The notes below the pieces were generated by a model that was not told the DNA's origin, made no database searches, and saw nothing but the letters and a program-made list of their open reading frames with translations. Source: Laetmonice hystrix (taxonomy: Eukaryota). Taken from it: a stretch of DNA of 64,000 nucleotides. The position numbers and the translations under genes were made by a program. Positions 39,798 through 51,499 of this stretch are shown piece by piece (within the stretch, counting starts at the first letter, position 1; each line of letters opens with the position of its first letter). The stretch is taken from assembly GCA_965235115.1 (NCBI GenBank), contig OZ249436.1:34472001-34536000 (forward strand), written 5' to 3'.

Positions 39798-42700
39798 ACA
39801 TATTCTATGTACACACAAGCACCTTCGCCCATCAACATGCCTGTTTTCACACACCTAATATTATACGAATGAGCATTAAGTATGCATCATAGCATCAATA
39901 TTCATAGATACATACAAATACATCCCCTATAATACGGCTCTCTCACACATGCAGATATTCAAGGACCATGCATTATAACACCCCCAAACTACACATTTTA
40001 TTTCATTATATTATAATTATTATGTGTAAATAAAGAAACTTTTTTTTATAACAACATTCATTCTCTATAATAGTTTTTAACTTAACACGACACAAAAGGT
40101 GTAATACAATATCAGATATATCCATTAAAACTGTAAACATTGTTTGAGACTCAAAAAATGAGGCATGAATGAGGTCAAGTGCAAAAAGCCAAGGTACACG
40201 AATTTCTTCTTCTTCTTTTTCTTTTTAAACCAGCTAGCTCAGTAGATCACACGACTTGTGGACATACAGCACACATAGAAGAACACGTATAGATAATAGG
40301 ACATTATAATATCTTCACCCAGAGACCCTGGTGATAAGACCTTCACATTAATATTTACTCCGCGATCTAGGTGCAGGAGCTTCTATCTCTGTCCCAAAGA
40401 CACACGACAAGGTTCATGTCTCCCTTTTTAGCCGTATGTAAGCAAAGCCAGTGACACGATATCTGGCGATGTCACAAGACGCCACTGGTGATGTGGATTA
40501 GTGTAATCTGTGGGACGTCGCCTGGGTCAAAACTGCGGCATTGGCATCTGAGACAGGCCGACTTATAGAGCGGGCGGTCCGTGCTGGCAAGTGCTCCAGG
40601 TTTCTCATGTCGGACACCGGCCATTGGCAGCCTGCCTTTGGCGGCCGGTCGGGGGAGTGGAGACGGAGCCTGGGGTACCTTTGATGGTTATATGTCGATA
40701 AGATGGGCATATTGAAACTCCCAGGCAGGCCAGCTCCTTGGAAATCTCTCTGGGGACTGTCAAAGAGTAGCTCCAGTGATGAACCAGATTTCAAACAGGG
40801 GAACGACATCGACTTTTGAAGAGGGTCTCGAGTTGACCTACCGTGTCGAGCTGCCAGTCACGACTAACCCACGGTCGCTTTTCTTTTTTTTCTCTCTCTC
40901 TTCTTGTTCTTGTGTTTCTCGTTCTTCTAGTATCGCAGAAATGAATTCCGGCCCGATAGGCCCGTTGGCGGCTGTTTGGTCTCCTCTGGACACACGGCCA
41001 GTGCATCATCAAAGCGAAGTGAGGAGATCCTGCCAAACAATTATACAACTCGTTCTAAACAGAAGGTTTCCACCTTCTTGGGTCCGAGGCATTGTTCTCG
41101 TTTCCATACTCTATCGCCTAAGTTCCGTGTTGCACAACAATACATCAAAGTTCGGAAAATTCCCACATGCACGGTGATTGCGGAACACTTAACGATCCAC
41201 CCCCCCCCCCTAAAAATAGCCGGGAGTGTGGGGGGAGAGGGGGGGAGGGGAGAGAGGCGGAAAGAAATACCCTGAGAGAGAGGCAGAGCAGGTCGTCGGG
41301 TCGAATGCAGATCAGTGCTATGACCGTGTACATATGCATGCAGATAGCATAATAACAAGACGTAATTTGTACATAGCATGCCATACCTACACACCCCTGA
41401 GCACTTGACTCATAGGTCATCCCTTCGTATAGCAAGAGGGGGTCAACGCAATCAGTGCTGGGCTACACTATACTCCGTACACATAATATAAACTATCATG
41501 CAAAAGTTTCCTAACAAGCCATGAGTTGTTGCCGACTTGGAACCAATGTTGACAGGTGCTTGGCGCCTGTTTGACTGCGCAGTGCCTTGCATTCAGTAGA
41601 GCGGCCCAACTCGCAACTCCTGTCAGGCTTGGGTGACTTGTTTTTCTTTATAGACAAAACGAGTGAAATCGACCTATGACTGACCCGTTCATGTCAGGGA
41701 GCTGGTGTATTATAACCGACGTTATATAACATGAGTACACATGGTTGACACAGGCGTGAATCACGGCTGACCCCTGGGGGGTCAGGTCACGCCCCACCTC
41801 GCCGACCCCCCATAAATTTATAAATAGGGGCAATGAAAAATAATAACAGGCACACAGCACAACAGGAAAACCTTGACCTTGTTCATCCTTTAATCTTTCG
41901 AGTTTCACAGCAGTATATCCACTTATGGTTTCTTTCTTTCTTGTGAAAAAATTCCTGATACACACAATAGTTATCTACATTTATTCATTAATTAATTTAT
42001 TTACTTCATTTAGTTATAATGTGTGATGAAGAAATAGATCTTATACACCCATTCTACATTGACACATAATCTCCAGGAAACCCCATAATAACAAGACTAT
42101 GTAATAATTGTTTCCCGATGACATGTAAATGAAAGTAATTACAAATAGAGAATATCTCTCAGACGATGATTCAATGGTAGCATTAGAACATGCCCTTATT
42201 GTTTAAACAATCGGTTGAGAAAGAAGGGTCAATAAACGACTGTTTGAATATATATCACAGAATACACACTGCGCATGTGTATGGAGGAACGCGATGAAGA
42301 CAGAAGTAGATAATAACAGAAGGAGAGATAGAAGAAAACACTGACCTACATTTCCTTACCTACACTTCTGTCTCTTCATAATGGAGAGAGCAGCCATGCG
42401 CAATTGGATGGGTATATTTACCTAATCACGCAAAGGGTCGGCAGCAGTAATTACCACAAAGTATGTCATTTCTTGCTTATGGCCCAAGACTCGGAGGCTT
42501 GGGCCGACTGCTCGACATGTTAGCTGTTAGGCTCCATTGGCAATACAATTGGTGTGATACAGTATATGTGGGGAAAATAACGTTTTAGTTCTTGTCACTA
42601 TAGGATCGCCAGGGCCCTCCTCTACAGTTCTGTACGTATCGCAACAACACCATTTACTACACTTGCACCCATTCCTGACGGCATCAGGCTAATGCATTCC

Positions 42701-45700
42701 AACAACGAGCAGCACATTCCGTGATAATTTTGCGCGCACCAATTTGCCTTGACGGTCGGTACAAAGTAAAAAGTATCACCGCACAACAAAGTTACTGCCG
42801 CCGTTTCATAAATGGGAAAAATGGAGAGGTAAATTTGGGTGACAAAGGGGGAATAATTCTAAGTTCTGCATTATATGACAAATTTGGTTGACTTGTGTGT
42901 CGCAATGTACGCTTCGTAATGTCATCGAATGAAAGGAATTTGGATGACCGAAAGGTATTAATGAATTTGTAATGGCCATAGGAGCTGTGCCCATCGTGAG
43001 ACATGTAACAGTTTGACAGCAAATTATCGCTGGCTACATTGGTTGAAGCAGTAGTTTTAGGAGGGTGTAGTTGCCAGGCAGAGGGTCGCGCCATCACTGG
43101 ATGAAAGAGCTGTCCCTCTCTTACAACCTACAAGATCGCTTCGACATCCAAATTGATAAATCGAATTGTTGAGTGACACTGATAGGTTCTGGAAGCTGGC
43201 TGACGCGCATGCGCATTGGGAATGGACCAGGCAATTGTTGGGCTTTTGTTCGAGAGCGAGGTCCTGTACTTTGATAGTCGTTAGGGGAAATGAGAGAAAA
43301 TCGGTGAAAATATGGGCCGAATTCCCAGTCATTGGGTATGCAAAGGGACACGGGGAGGACATAACGTTTATTCAATGTTGACACGAACGTTGATCTAGGC
43401 ATTTGATTAGTGCACAAAACTACACTTTTCGATCAGTAAAATGGAACTAATGAAGATCACGCATTTGGTGGAGAAGGGTGACAGAGGATGGTCTATCTGT
43501 CGTCAATCACTCACTATAATATCATAGTCACACAAGTAAAGGTAATAATTATAGGGTATATCTTCAGCTAGATACTATATACATGTATTTACTGACCTGT
43601 AATTACCTAGTCACACGGTATATTTTATTTACCTATAACATACATGCACATTTAGATATATATGACACAAGTTTTAAATCTCAAATGCATGCAATACATG
43701 ACTCTCAGTGGCATGCAAGCTCCATGTAGCAAAAAGAAAAGATTCATAAATAACCCCCCCCCCCCCCGTCTCTCCAGGACAAATTTCCCACCGATTTGGG
43801 TTCTGTGTGTTATGTGTAGCCGCCAGTCGCCTCGACCTGAGCAGGACGCCGCCACAAAGTCGGTCGGAAGAGAGCGGTCAGAGATCACGGTTGACAGGTA
43901 ACGTATAGGCCCGGCCCCGTCACCCGACCACCATTACTTACACCTCCCAGGGACCCTCAACGAGCCCCCAGACTTCTCTTGCTTAACCTGACCCGCCACA
44001 AATTAAGGCGGTGTGGACCGTGAACCTGGCCCTGCTGGTCGACAGGACCACCTGCACCGACGGCCGGGCCGGGCCGGGCGGGGGACGGTCGCCCGGAGAC
44101 GGTGACCCGCGCCCAGGGCCGGGGCCGGGGACGGGACAGCGCCAGGGCCATCGATCTCGGGACGGTGGCAGGTTGGCGGGCCGACCGGCCGCCAGGCAGG
44201 AAGGCACACAAGGTTGAGACTTGCAGCGAGGATCCTTTCATCCATAGCACAAAAAACCCTTGAAAGTCATGCTAGTTTTCTTTCATGGAAACTCACAGAT
44301 CACTTGCCTGTGCAGGTCATAAGTGTGCAGTGTGTGGCATTTGTGACACTTTCATTTAAGTTCTGTTAGAGTGTTTCCTCCACCACCCACAAAGTAAGAA
44401 TAACGTTTCAAAGTGAACACAAACTAGAGGTCAATCACCATGAAGGTTTCCAATGGGCCTCAGCCCGCCCCAACTGCTGACAAAAATTAGTAACCTGAAA
44501 GACTATACAAAAAGTCTTACTCGCTCATTATATAATCGGAAGTATAGGCAAGTCTTACATAGATTATATAGATTAACATAGATTAATCCATGGTTCAGTT
44601 ATCCATCATGAGACAAGAAGTCATGTACACGTGTCTCGGTCACCCAATGATATTGCTTTCCTAAGTAGTATAGGAAAAGTGGACTTTTACTCAGGCATAC
44701 AAAACTCTGTGTGGTCTTGTCCCGCTTTCTATAATAGACTCATTGAAAGCATCATTCCCGATATATCATTCCTGTGATTCCAAGCATTGTTTTATCTTTG
44801 TAGGTTGCATGAGAGGCTAGCCGAATTGTTGGGAGTAGAACTTGTTCTGTTCTCTATCAAACCACATTGAATGATGAGGCTGCAAATTAGGCATGCACAT
44901 TGGAAGTGATTGTCACTGCCGATGCCGTCCCCCTCGCGCCACTGCAGGCCACGGGCCTTATGCAACCCCGTTTCCTATTGAAGGAAATGAAAAATGTGTG
45001 TGAAGGCCCAGATGACACTGTCAGTCACAGGTGCATATTTGCGTGTGAAACGAAGTGCAGGGACCCTGCCATGGCGTGGAAATCATGACACAAAACGGGG
45101 CCCGTTGCCAAATTCTTCCCTCAGTTCTGTGTGGCGATTGCATTATATGAGATGGTCCCTGGGAGGATTGCTCGGGCGCTGGCCTGAGGAAACAAGATTC
45201 TGGGAGGGTCCCGCTTCCCTGCAATTAAGCTAGTTACATACCAGGGAAAAAAACGTTAAAACCCAGCGTTCGATATGCAAGGGGTCAGCCAGGCTTATAT
45301 AGACAGACCACCGGCTAAATTCAATGGGGGTTGTGTCTTCACCCTAGCCCCTTTTTGTTTCTTTCCACCGGGAGGAAGCGCAGTGAGGGTGAGATACCTC
45401 CTAGGTCATTGGCGATTATCGACTGGGATTTTGTTCGCGCTCTCTGCAGTCTCATTACGGCCTGTGCAGCGATGGTGGGCAATATAATTAGAAGACACAA
45501 CGAGCTTTCAGATTGTGCCGTGTCATATGATGAGAGAGAGCGATGAACAACCGGTTCCACGTTCACCAATCACGGGTGGCACGTTTGTAGGTGCTGCCCC
45601 GCCGGCTAATGATGTTCATTGGGGTGAACACGGGACGTGGAGGACGTGGGTAGAATAAAGGTTATACGCATCATTCTATTTTTTTTACCAAACCTGTCAG

Positions 45701-46596
45701 GGATTGGTCTAATAAAGCATAGGGTGTTAACTCACCTAGGTCAGAATAGCAAGAATACGCTTACTTAAGTATGACCTTGTTTGGGAACCCTTATTGTTCT
45801 CGGCTTTCCTTATTCATAAACAAAGGGCTATATGGCATTAATAGTTATATGTTTATACATGATTATGTTAGATATTTATTTCTTATTGTGGTATTCTGTG
45901 TTATGGAGTCAGAGACCGATGTGGCGGTGGACGAGTCACGAGTCACCCTTGATGTGGAGGTAACAAGAATGACACTAACATGGGTACTTCACCTCCACAC
46001 AAGGTCCCCTCATCCAGTGCTCTGTCTACGTCCTGTGGAGGGAAGGGGTGGAGGTTGAGGTTGGGGTGGGGGAGATAAAATAAGCCCTTGCTCACCGCTA
46101 CTATAACCTCCGAGGAGACAGAGAGTCATTCGTTCCTGTCCCCGTCTGCTCGACACGTATCGAGGGCAGGTGATCCATCTTGTCCGGGGCAGCCAGGGGG
46201 GACGTGGGGGGGGGGGGGGGGGGCGGGAGTGAACGTCAGATAGTATAGGTCGTAGAAAGCGGGCTCCAGGGCCAGGGGCCGGGGCCAGGGCCGGGGTGGA
46301 GGCTGGTGGAACCCGGGGAGTGTGGGGTGGGGTGGGGGGGGGGCGACAGGGGAAGACCGCCAACGTTAAGCTTGGCTGTTGGCGGCTCTTGTGGCAAGCC
46401 ACAGACATTGTGATAAGCAGGCCGATCCCTTTCCAAATCCACCACAGCACCCAGAGGGTAGAATCCCTGGAATCCCTGCCTGATCCATACCCGGAGCCAA
46501 TCTGTCTCCAATGCACACCGAGCACACACACCCACACCCACGCACCCACACATCAGCATGCTAACAACGCGGCTGACGCCTTGAAACAACAGCTGC

Positions 46597-46682
46597 ACAC
46601 ACCACCACCCAACTAACCACAGCCTTGTGTTCACACTTGTGTTCACACACCACCACCCAACTAACCACAGCCTTGTGTTCAC
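46597..46682. repeat. Short duplication, 2 x 36 bp with a 12-bp partial repeat between
   Basis: CACACCACCACCCAACTAACCACAGCCTTGTGTTCA occurs twice. Confidence 0.85.
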
Positions 46683-47188
46683 ACTGACTGACGGAGGACG
46701 AGGAAAAACGGCTGGGGTTCACGGAGAATGTAATTAGTACAGCAAGACGACTTCTCCGCTCCAAGCTCCCCTCCCTTTCCCAGGTCGATCACAGCCACAG
46801 CAGCACCAGAGATTTGTTCTGGAAAATGGGGGTGAAATGTGAAATATATGGGACACATCCTAATCGCCTTAATCGACTTTTATTTAATTTGTGTGCGCGG
46901 TTTTACTCAGATGAATGGTGGCTCTGGGTAGGGGCCCCTCGAAGCACCACCCTTGCCTTTTGAGGAGAAATATGTGCCTGTATGTAAAAGGAAGACCATT
47001 ATAATACTGGGTTATGCCCACCCAAGATACGATGTTATATACATGTATTTCAAACCCAAAATGCCACAAGCTTCTAAAAAAGATGTTCGTATCTGGTTAA
47101 ATTTTCAAGTTGATATCCCAAATATTCCTTACACAAGACCAGATTAAAAGTGTGTCCAATTGACCACCAGCTCAAGTAAAACCAGGTC

Positions 47189-48371
47189 GGAGAGTAAGCT
47201 GTATGGTAGGCATACGTCTGGGAGAGTAAGCTGTAGTACGGTAGGCATACGTCTGGGAGAGTAAGCTGTTGTACGGTAGGCATATGTCTGGGAGAGTAAG
47301 CTGTTGTAGGGTAGGCATACGTCTGGGAGAGTAAGCTGTTGTAGGGTAGGCATACGTCTGGGAGAGTAAGCTGTTGTAGGGTAGGCATACGTCTGGGAGA
47401 GTAAGCTGTTGTACGGTAGGCATACGTCTGGGAGAGTAAGCTGTTGTACGGTAGGCATACGTCTGGGAGAGTAAGCTGTTGTACGGTAGGCATACGTCTG
47501 GGAGAGTAAGCTGTTGTACGGTAGGCATACGTCTGGGAGAGTAAGGGCCTTATCCACTAAGCCGATTCACCTTGCGACGGCCATGCGATTTTTGATTTAA
47601 TGGTGGAATTTCATGCTGAAATTTTTCCTGGCTGGCCTTTCCTGTTTAAGGAAATGGGTTCCATCCTTTAATCTCAAAATAACAGTAAAATAAAAGGGTG
47701 ATGTCAAAATCGCGTGGGCGTCGCAAGGAAAATCGGCTTAGTGGATAAGGCCCTGTAAGCTGTTGTACGGTAGGCATACGTCTGGGAGAGTAAGCTGTTG
47801 TACGGTAGGCATACGTCTGGGAGAGTAAGCTGTTGCACGGTAGGCATACGTCTGGGAGAGTAAGCTGTTGTACGGTAGGCATACGCCTGGGAGAGTAAGC
47901 TGTTGTACGGTAGGCATACGTCTGGGAGAGTAAGCTGTTGTACGGTAGGCATACGTCTGGGAGAGTAAGCTGTTGTACGGTAGGCATACGTCTGGGAGAG
48001 TTAAAGCTGTTGTACGGTAGGCATACGTCTGGGAGAGTTAAAGCTGCTGTACGGTAGGCATATGTCTGGGAGAGTAACCTGTTGTACGGTAGGCATACGT
48101 CTGGGAGGGTAAGCTGTTGTACGGTAGGCATACGTCTGGGAGAGTAAGCTGTTGTATGGTAGGCATACGTCTGGGAGAGTAAGCTGTTGTACAGTAGGCA
48201 TACGTCTGGGAGAGTAAGCTGTTGTACGGTAGGCATACGTCTGGAAGAGTAAGCTGTTGTACGGTAGGCATACGTCTGGGAGAGTTAAAGCTGTTGTACG
48301 GTAGGCATACGTCTGGAAGAGTAAGCTGTTGTACGGTAGGCATACGTCTGGGAGAGTTAAAGCTGTTGTAT
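47189..48371. repeat. Minisatellite, about 27 copies of a 35-bp unit, interrupted by a MITE
   Basis: Unit GTAAGCTGTTGTACGGTAGGCATACGTCTGGGAGA; about 10 copies left and about 17 right of the insertion. Confidence 0.96.
47544..47754. mobile_element. MITE (211 bp), perfect 24-bp TIRs, 3-bp TSD GTA; PIF/Harbinger-like
   Basis: AGGGCCTTATCCACTAAGCCGATT (47544-47567) is the exact inverse of 47731-47754, and imperfect pairing continues for about 25 more bp. GTA is present at 47541-47543 and 47755-47757. Removing the element plus one GTA restores an intact array unit (GAGAGTAAGCTG). Confidence 0.92.
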
Positions 48372-51300
48372 ACAATATTGTCATATGGAAATCAGGTATT
48401 AAACAGGGACTGTAGATAAATCAATCAAATTATCAGCTGGCACACTGCATCTGTGTACTCATAAAATCCTTATAAAAGACCAAGTATCTGGGTTTTTTAA
48501 AAGAAATAAAATTAATCTTTCAACTAAGTACACTCATTCATAATGAATTTACTGTAGTCCAGACTCTCTCAAAATGACCTATCTTGTAAATTAAGACAGG
48601 CTTAACAAACGCATGAGGTGCCCCTGTGATTTTTTTCTCCTTTCTTCAAATTATTCAAAAGAGAAATGGCCGAGTATCCTGCCTGGGCCGGGGGGAGGGT
48701 TAATTAGACTGGTTCCGGTGCTGGGGTGCTTGTAGCCGTCCGCACCTATTCGTCTTGTACGTCACACGTGACAGACGAACAGGCACCTGATCGATGGTGC
48801 TCGGCTGGGCCGTAATCGATGTGACCGTTTGGGTGGCGGAGGGGGGCTGTTATTTTTTTAAGGGGGCACCTCTGGACCCCAGGAGAAGCACTTGTTCAAA
48901 GATACGTCAGTTCTTGTCACAGACTGAGATTTGTCTCATGGCGGGGTGCGTGTGTTCCTCGACCGTCGGGCAGCCATCACCACACATAGACTTAGTCATT
49001 ATTTACCAGAAAATGTCCTTACATATTACATTCGGAAGGAACACTGTACACTGAAAGCTTGCACATATGTTTTTATGTAAACTATAAATATGACGGGAGA
49101 AATGGTATGGTTATTATTATGTATGATCAAAGTTAAACAAAATGTGTCCGGAGGTGAAAGATCAGAATGACGGAGTTTCAGAAAATGCCGAAGGTTAATA
49201 AAAATGTGTATAGATAGATGTGTATAAACGTAGACAAATACCTGTAGAGTGGGAAACCTGTATTATCTATGTATCCAAATACAGAAGACATACATAGAGA
49301 ACCACTTCACTCGCTTTATAGATTCGCTCAGTGGAAGGGTGGGGTCGATGTAGAAGTTAGGAGCTGAAGGTTGGGCATTGTTAAGTGGCAAAACGAGCCG
49401 CAGCCTTACTTTGCGAGGTGACAGGGTGTGTCCAGGTACAAGGAGCTGAGTTTCTCCGTTGGTTTGCCTCAAGTGGTCGGTTACGCTCCATTGTAAGAGT
49501 TCATACTCCTTCAGTACAAACGTCTTGACGTTCGGTCAGGTGCTAAGTGCGAACCAAAGTTCAGGCTCGGTTGGCACTGCCGATAAAACGAAGCACACTT
49601 GAACAGTGCCTCGGGCTACGCCTTTGGCTTCGGGTTAAAAGCACCACTTGAAGCGGCAGCGTTGGAAATACATTACCCATTTGTACTGGTTATGTAGATT
49701 CAAACAACCACCATGTATAATCTATATGCATAATATCCATACCCCTATACAGCTGCAGCCACACAGACCCCAAGACCCCTCTCCTGCGGCTTAGAATTAA
49801 AGCCAGCCAAATTTCCACAGGGACAAGAACAATCGCAAAAGGCTGCCACAGCCACCCTGAATATTTAAAGCCAATTGAAGTATATTAAATTTAGAAAGGG
49901 GCTTAGCAAAGAATAAAATGGCGGCCTGCCGTCTTCAGGGATCGTTCCCAAGGTAACGTTAAACCTCTTTTGTAGAATCCACGATCTCCATCTTTAGCTG
50001 TGATCTCCTTTAATGAAAACAAGCTGAGGATGATTGGCAGAACGATGCGAAGCTGGCCCTTATTGACTCGGCTGGGAAATCCGTCCAGATGATGTTAACA
50101 ATTATATCTGCACCGAACACGCTTCCTTATAGCAAAGCCTCGACTCCTCTTCAACCATGGCGGCCTGCCATTGGCCGGCGCTGCCGTCTGCCAGTAACAC
50201 TTTACATATTCTTCTGATTTCTACTTCACATACCGGCAATGAACACCCATCGAGTTCACATCGCCAAGGAGAGATTTCTGCGTTGGGAAATCTTGCACTC
50301 ATCAAATGGAAGCGATGTTTGAATCATCGCTTTGATTTTGAGAATGTCACAGCTGAAAAAGAATTTACTCGACCGTACATGAAGGAAATGGCACGTACAC
50401 ACACGTATAAACACACACACACGTTTCACAAACGCACACACAAGAACCTAATGACCTTCTCACTCATGAACACACTTACCCTGATGACCTGTCTATAGAT
50501 ACAACCATTCATGAAGGTCTCTGATATTAGAATAGGCCATAGGCTATAGTTCAAGCACACAAAGGAGCCCAATGCACAATCACCCTTTATGACCTATACA
50601 TAACACCCAGACACACACCTGGTAACAACCCTCCGACAACCAACCACGGATCATCCAGTAGAAGATCCTTGGTTTCATCACTTTCATATACCTTAACCGC
50701 CCAAACTACATGTATACGACCCGACCTGGCGTGGGTAGTCGCCATATTGCTGCATGTCTGGTCGTATCGGTATACGGCACTCACACAGGGTTGAACCAAG
50801 TACATTCAAAACACGTCTAGTATCTCGTAAGGCAGATTAGATATGTCATTTTAATAAAGGGAAGCCTGCACAATAAATTACTTGTATATGGGTTCATTCA
50901 ATATAGTTGTTTATCAATTCTATACTTGAGGTACCGAGTTGATATCGGTTTACTCTCTCCATAATACCCAAACATTCACATGACTTCTTTTGGGTTTAGC
51001 AGAATTCACAAGAGAAAGTTTTTCATTATAAATATAGATGTACGAATACATAAACAATGAATTTAGGTTTAGAGTTAGTTCGACATCCTTACAGATACAG
51101 TACAGTATATATAGTCCTGTAACAGTTGTGCAATCATGCAGTCATAGACAGAAGTGACTTCTGGTATCATCACCTCACACTGAGAGCATGGCGTCACTCA
51201 CCCCTCCCACCGCCGGGGTCGTGCCCGCCGGAGTCGGCGTCGGATCCCCGGCGCCGCGATCCCTGGCAGCGGGGCCGACTTGAAGGCGACACGCCTCCTG

Positions 51301-51462
51301 TGGATCCGCTAGCAAAGATCACAACACCTGTCGACATCAGAGCACACCTGTCAGATGATCCAAGCCTGGGATCAATACTGGCAGTCGTATCGGGTCTCTC
51401 TGCATGCAAGAGTCAGGTAAAGCTGCAAGTGCCACCACCCCTGCCCTCCATGCACCACTCCA

Positions 51463-51499
51463 CCCCTGCCCGCCCCTGCCCGCCCCTGCCCGCCCCTGC
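51463..51499. repeat. (CCCCTGCCCG)n, about 3.6 copies (tandem GC-box-like)
   Basis: Direct reading. Confidence 0.8.

Noticed and set aside
38183-39872. Overlapping 222-310-aa ORFs (MGQAHRP / GGPDPSVGRP repeats)
   Set aside because: Several frames on both strands are open because the GC-rich 48-bp unit lacks stops. 8-bp module deletions break the frames.
47074-48419. Multiple minus-strand ORFs (MPTVQQLTLPDV...)
   Set aside because: The 35-bp unit cycles through all three frames, so these are a repeat artefact.
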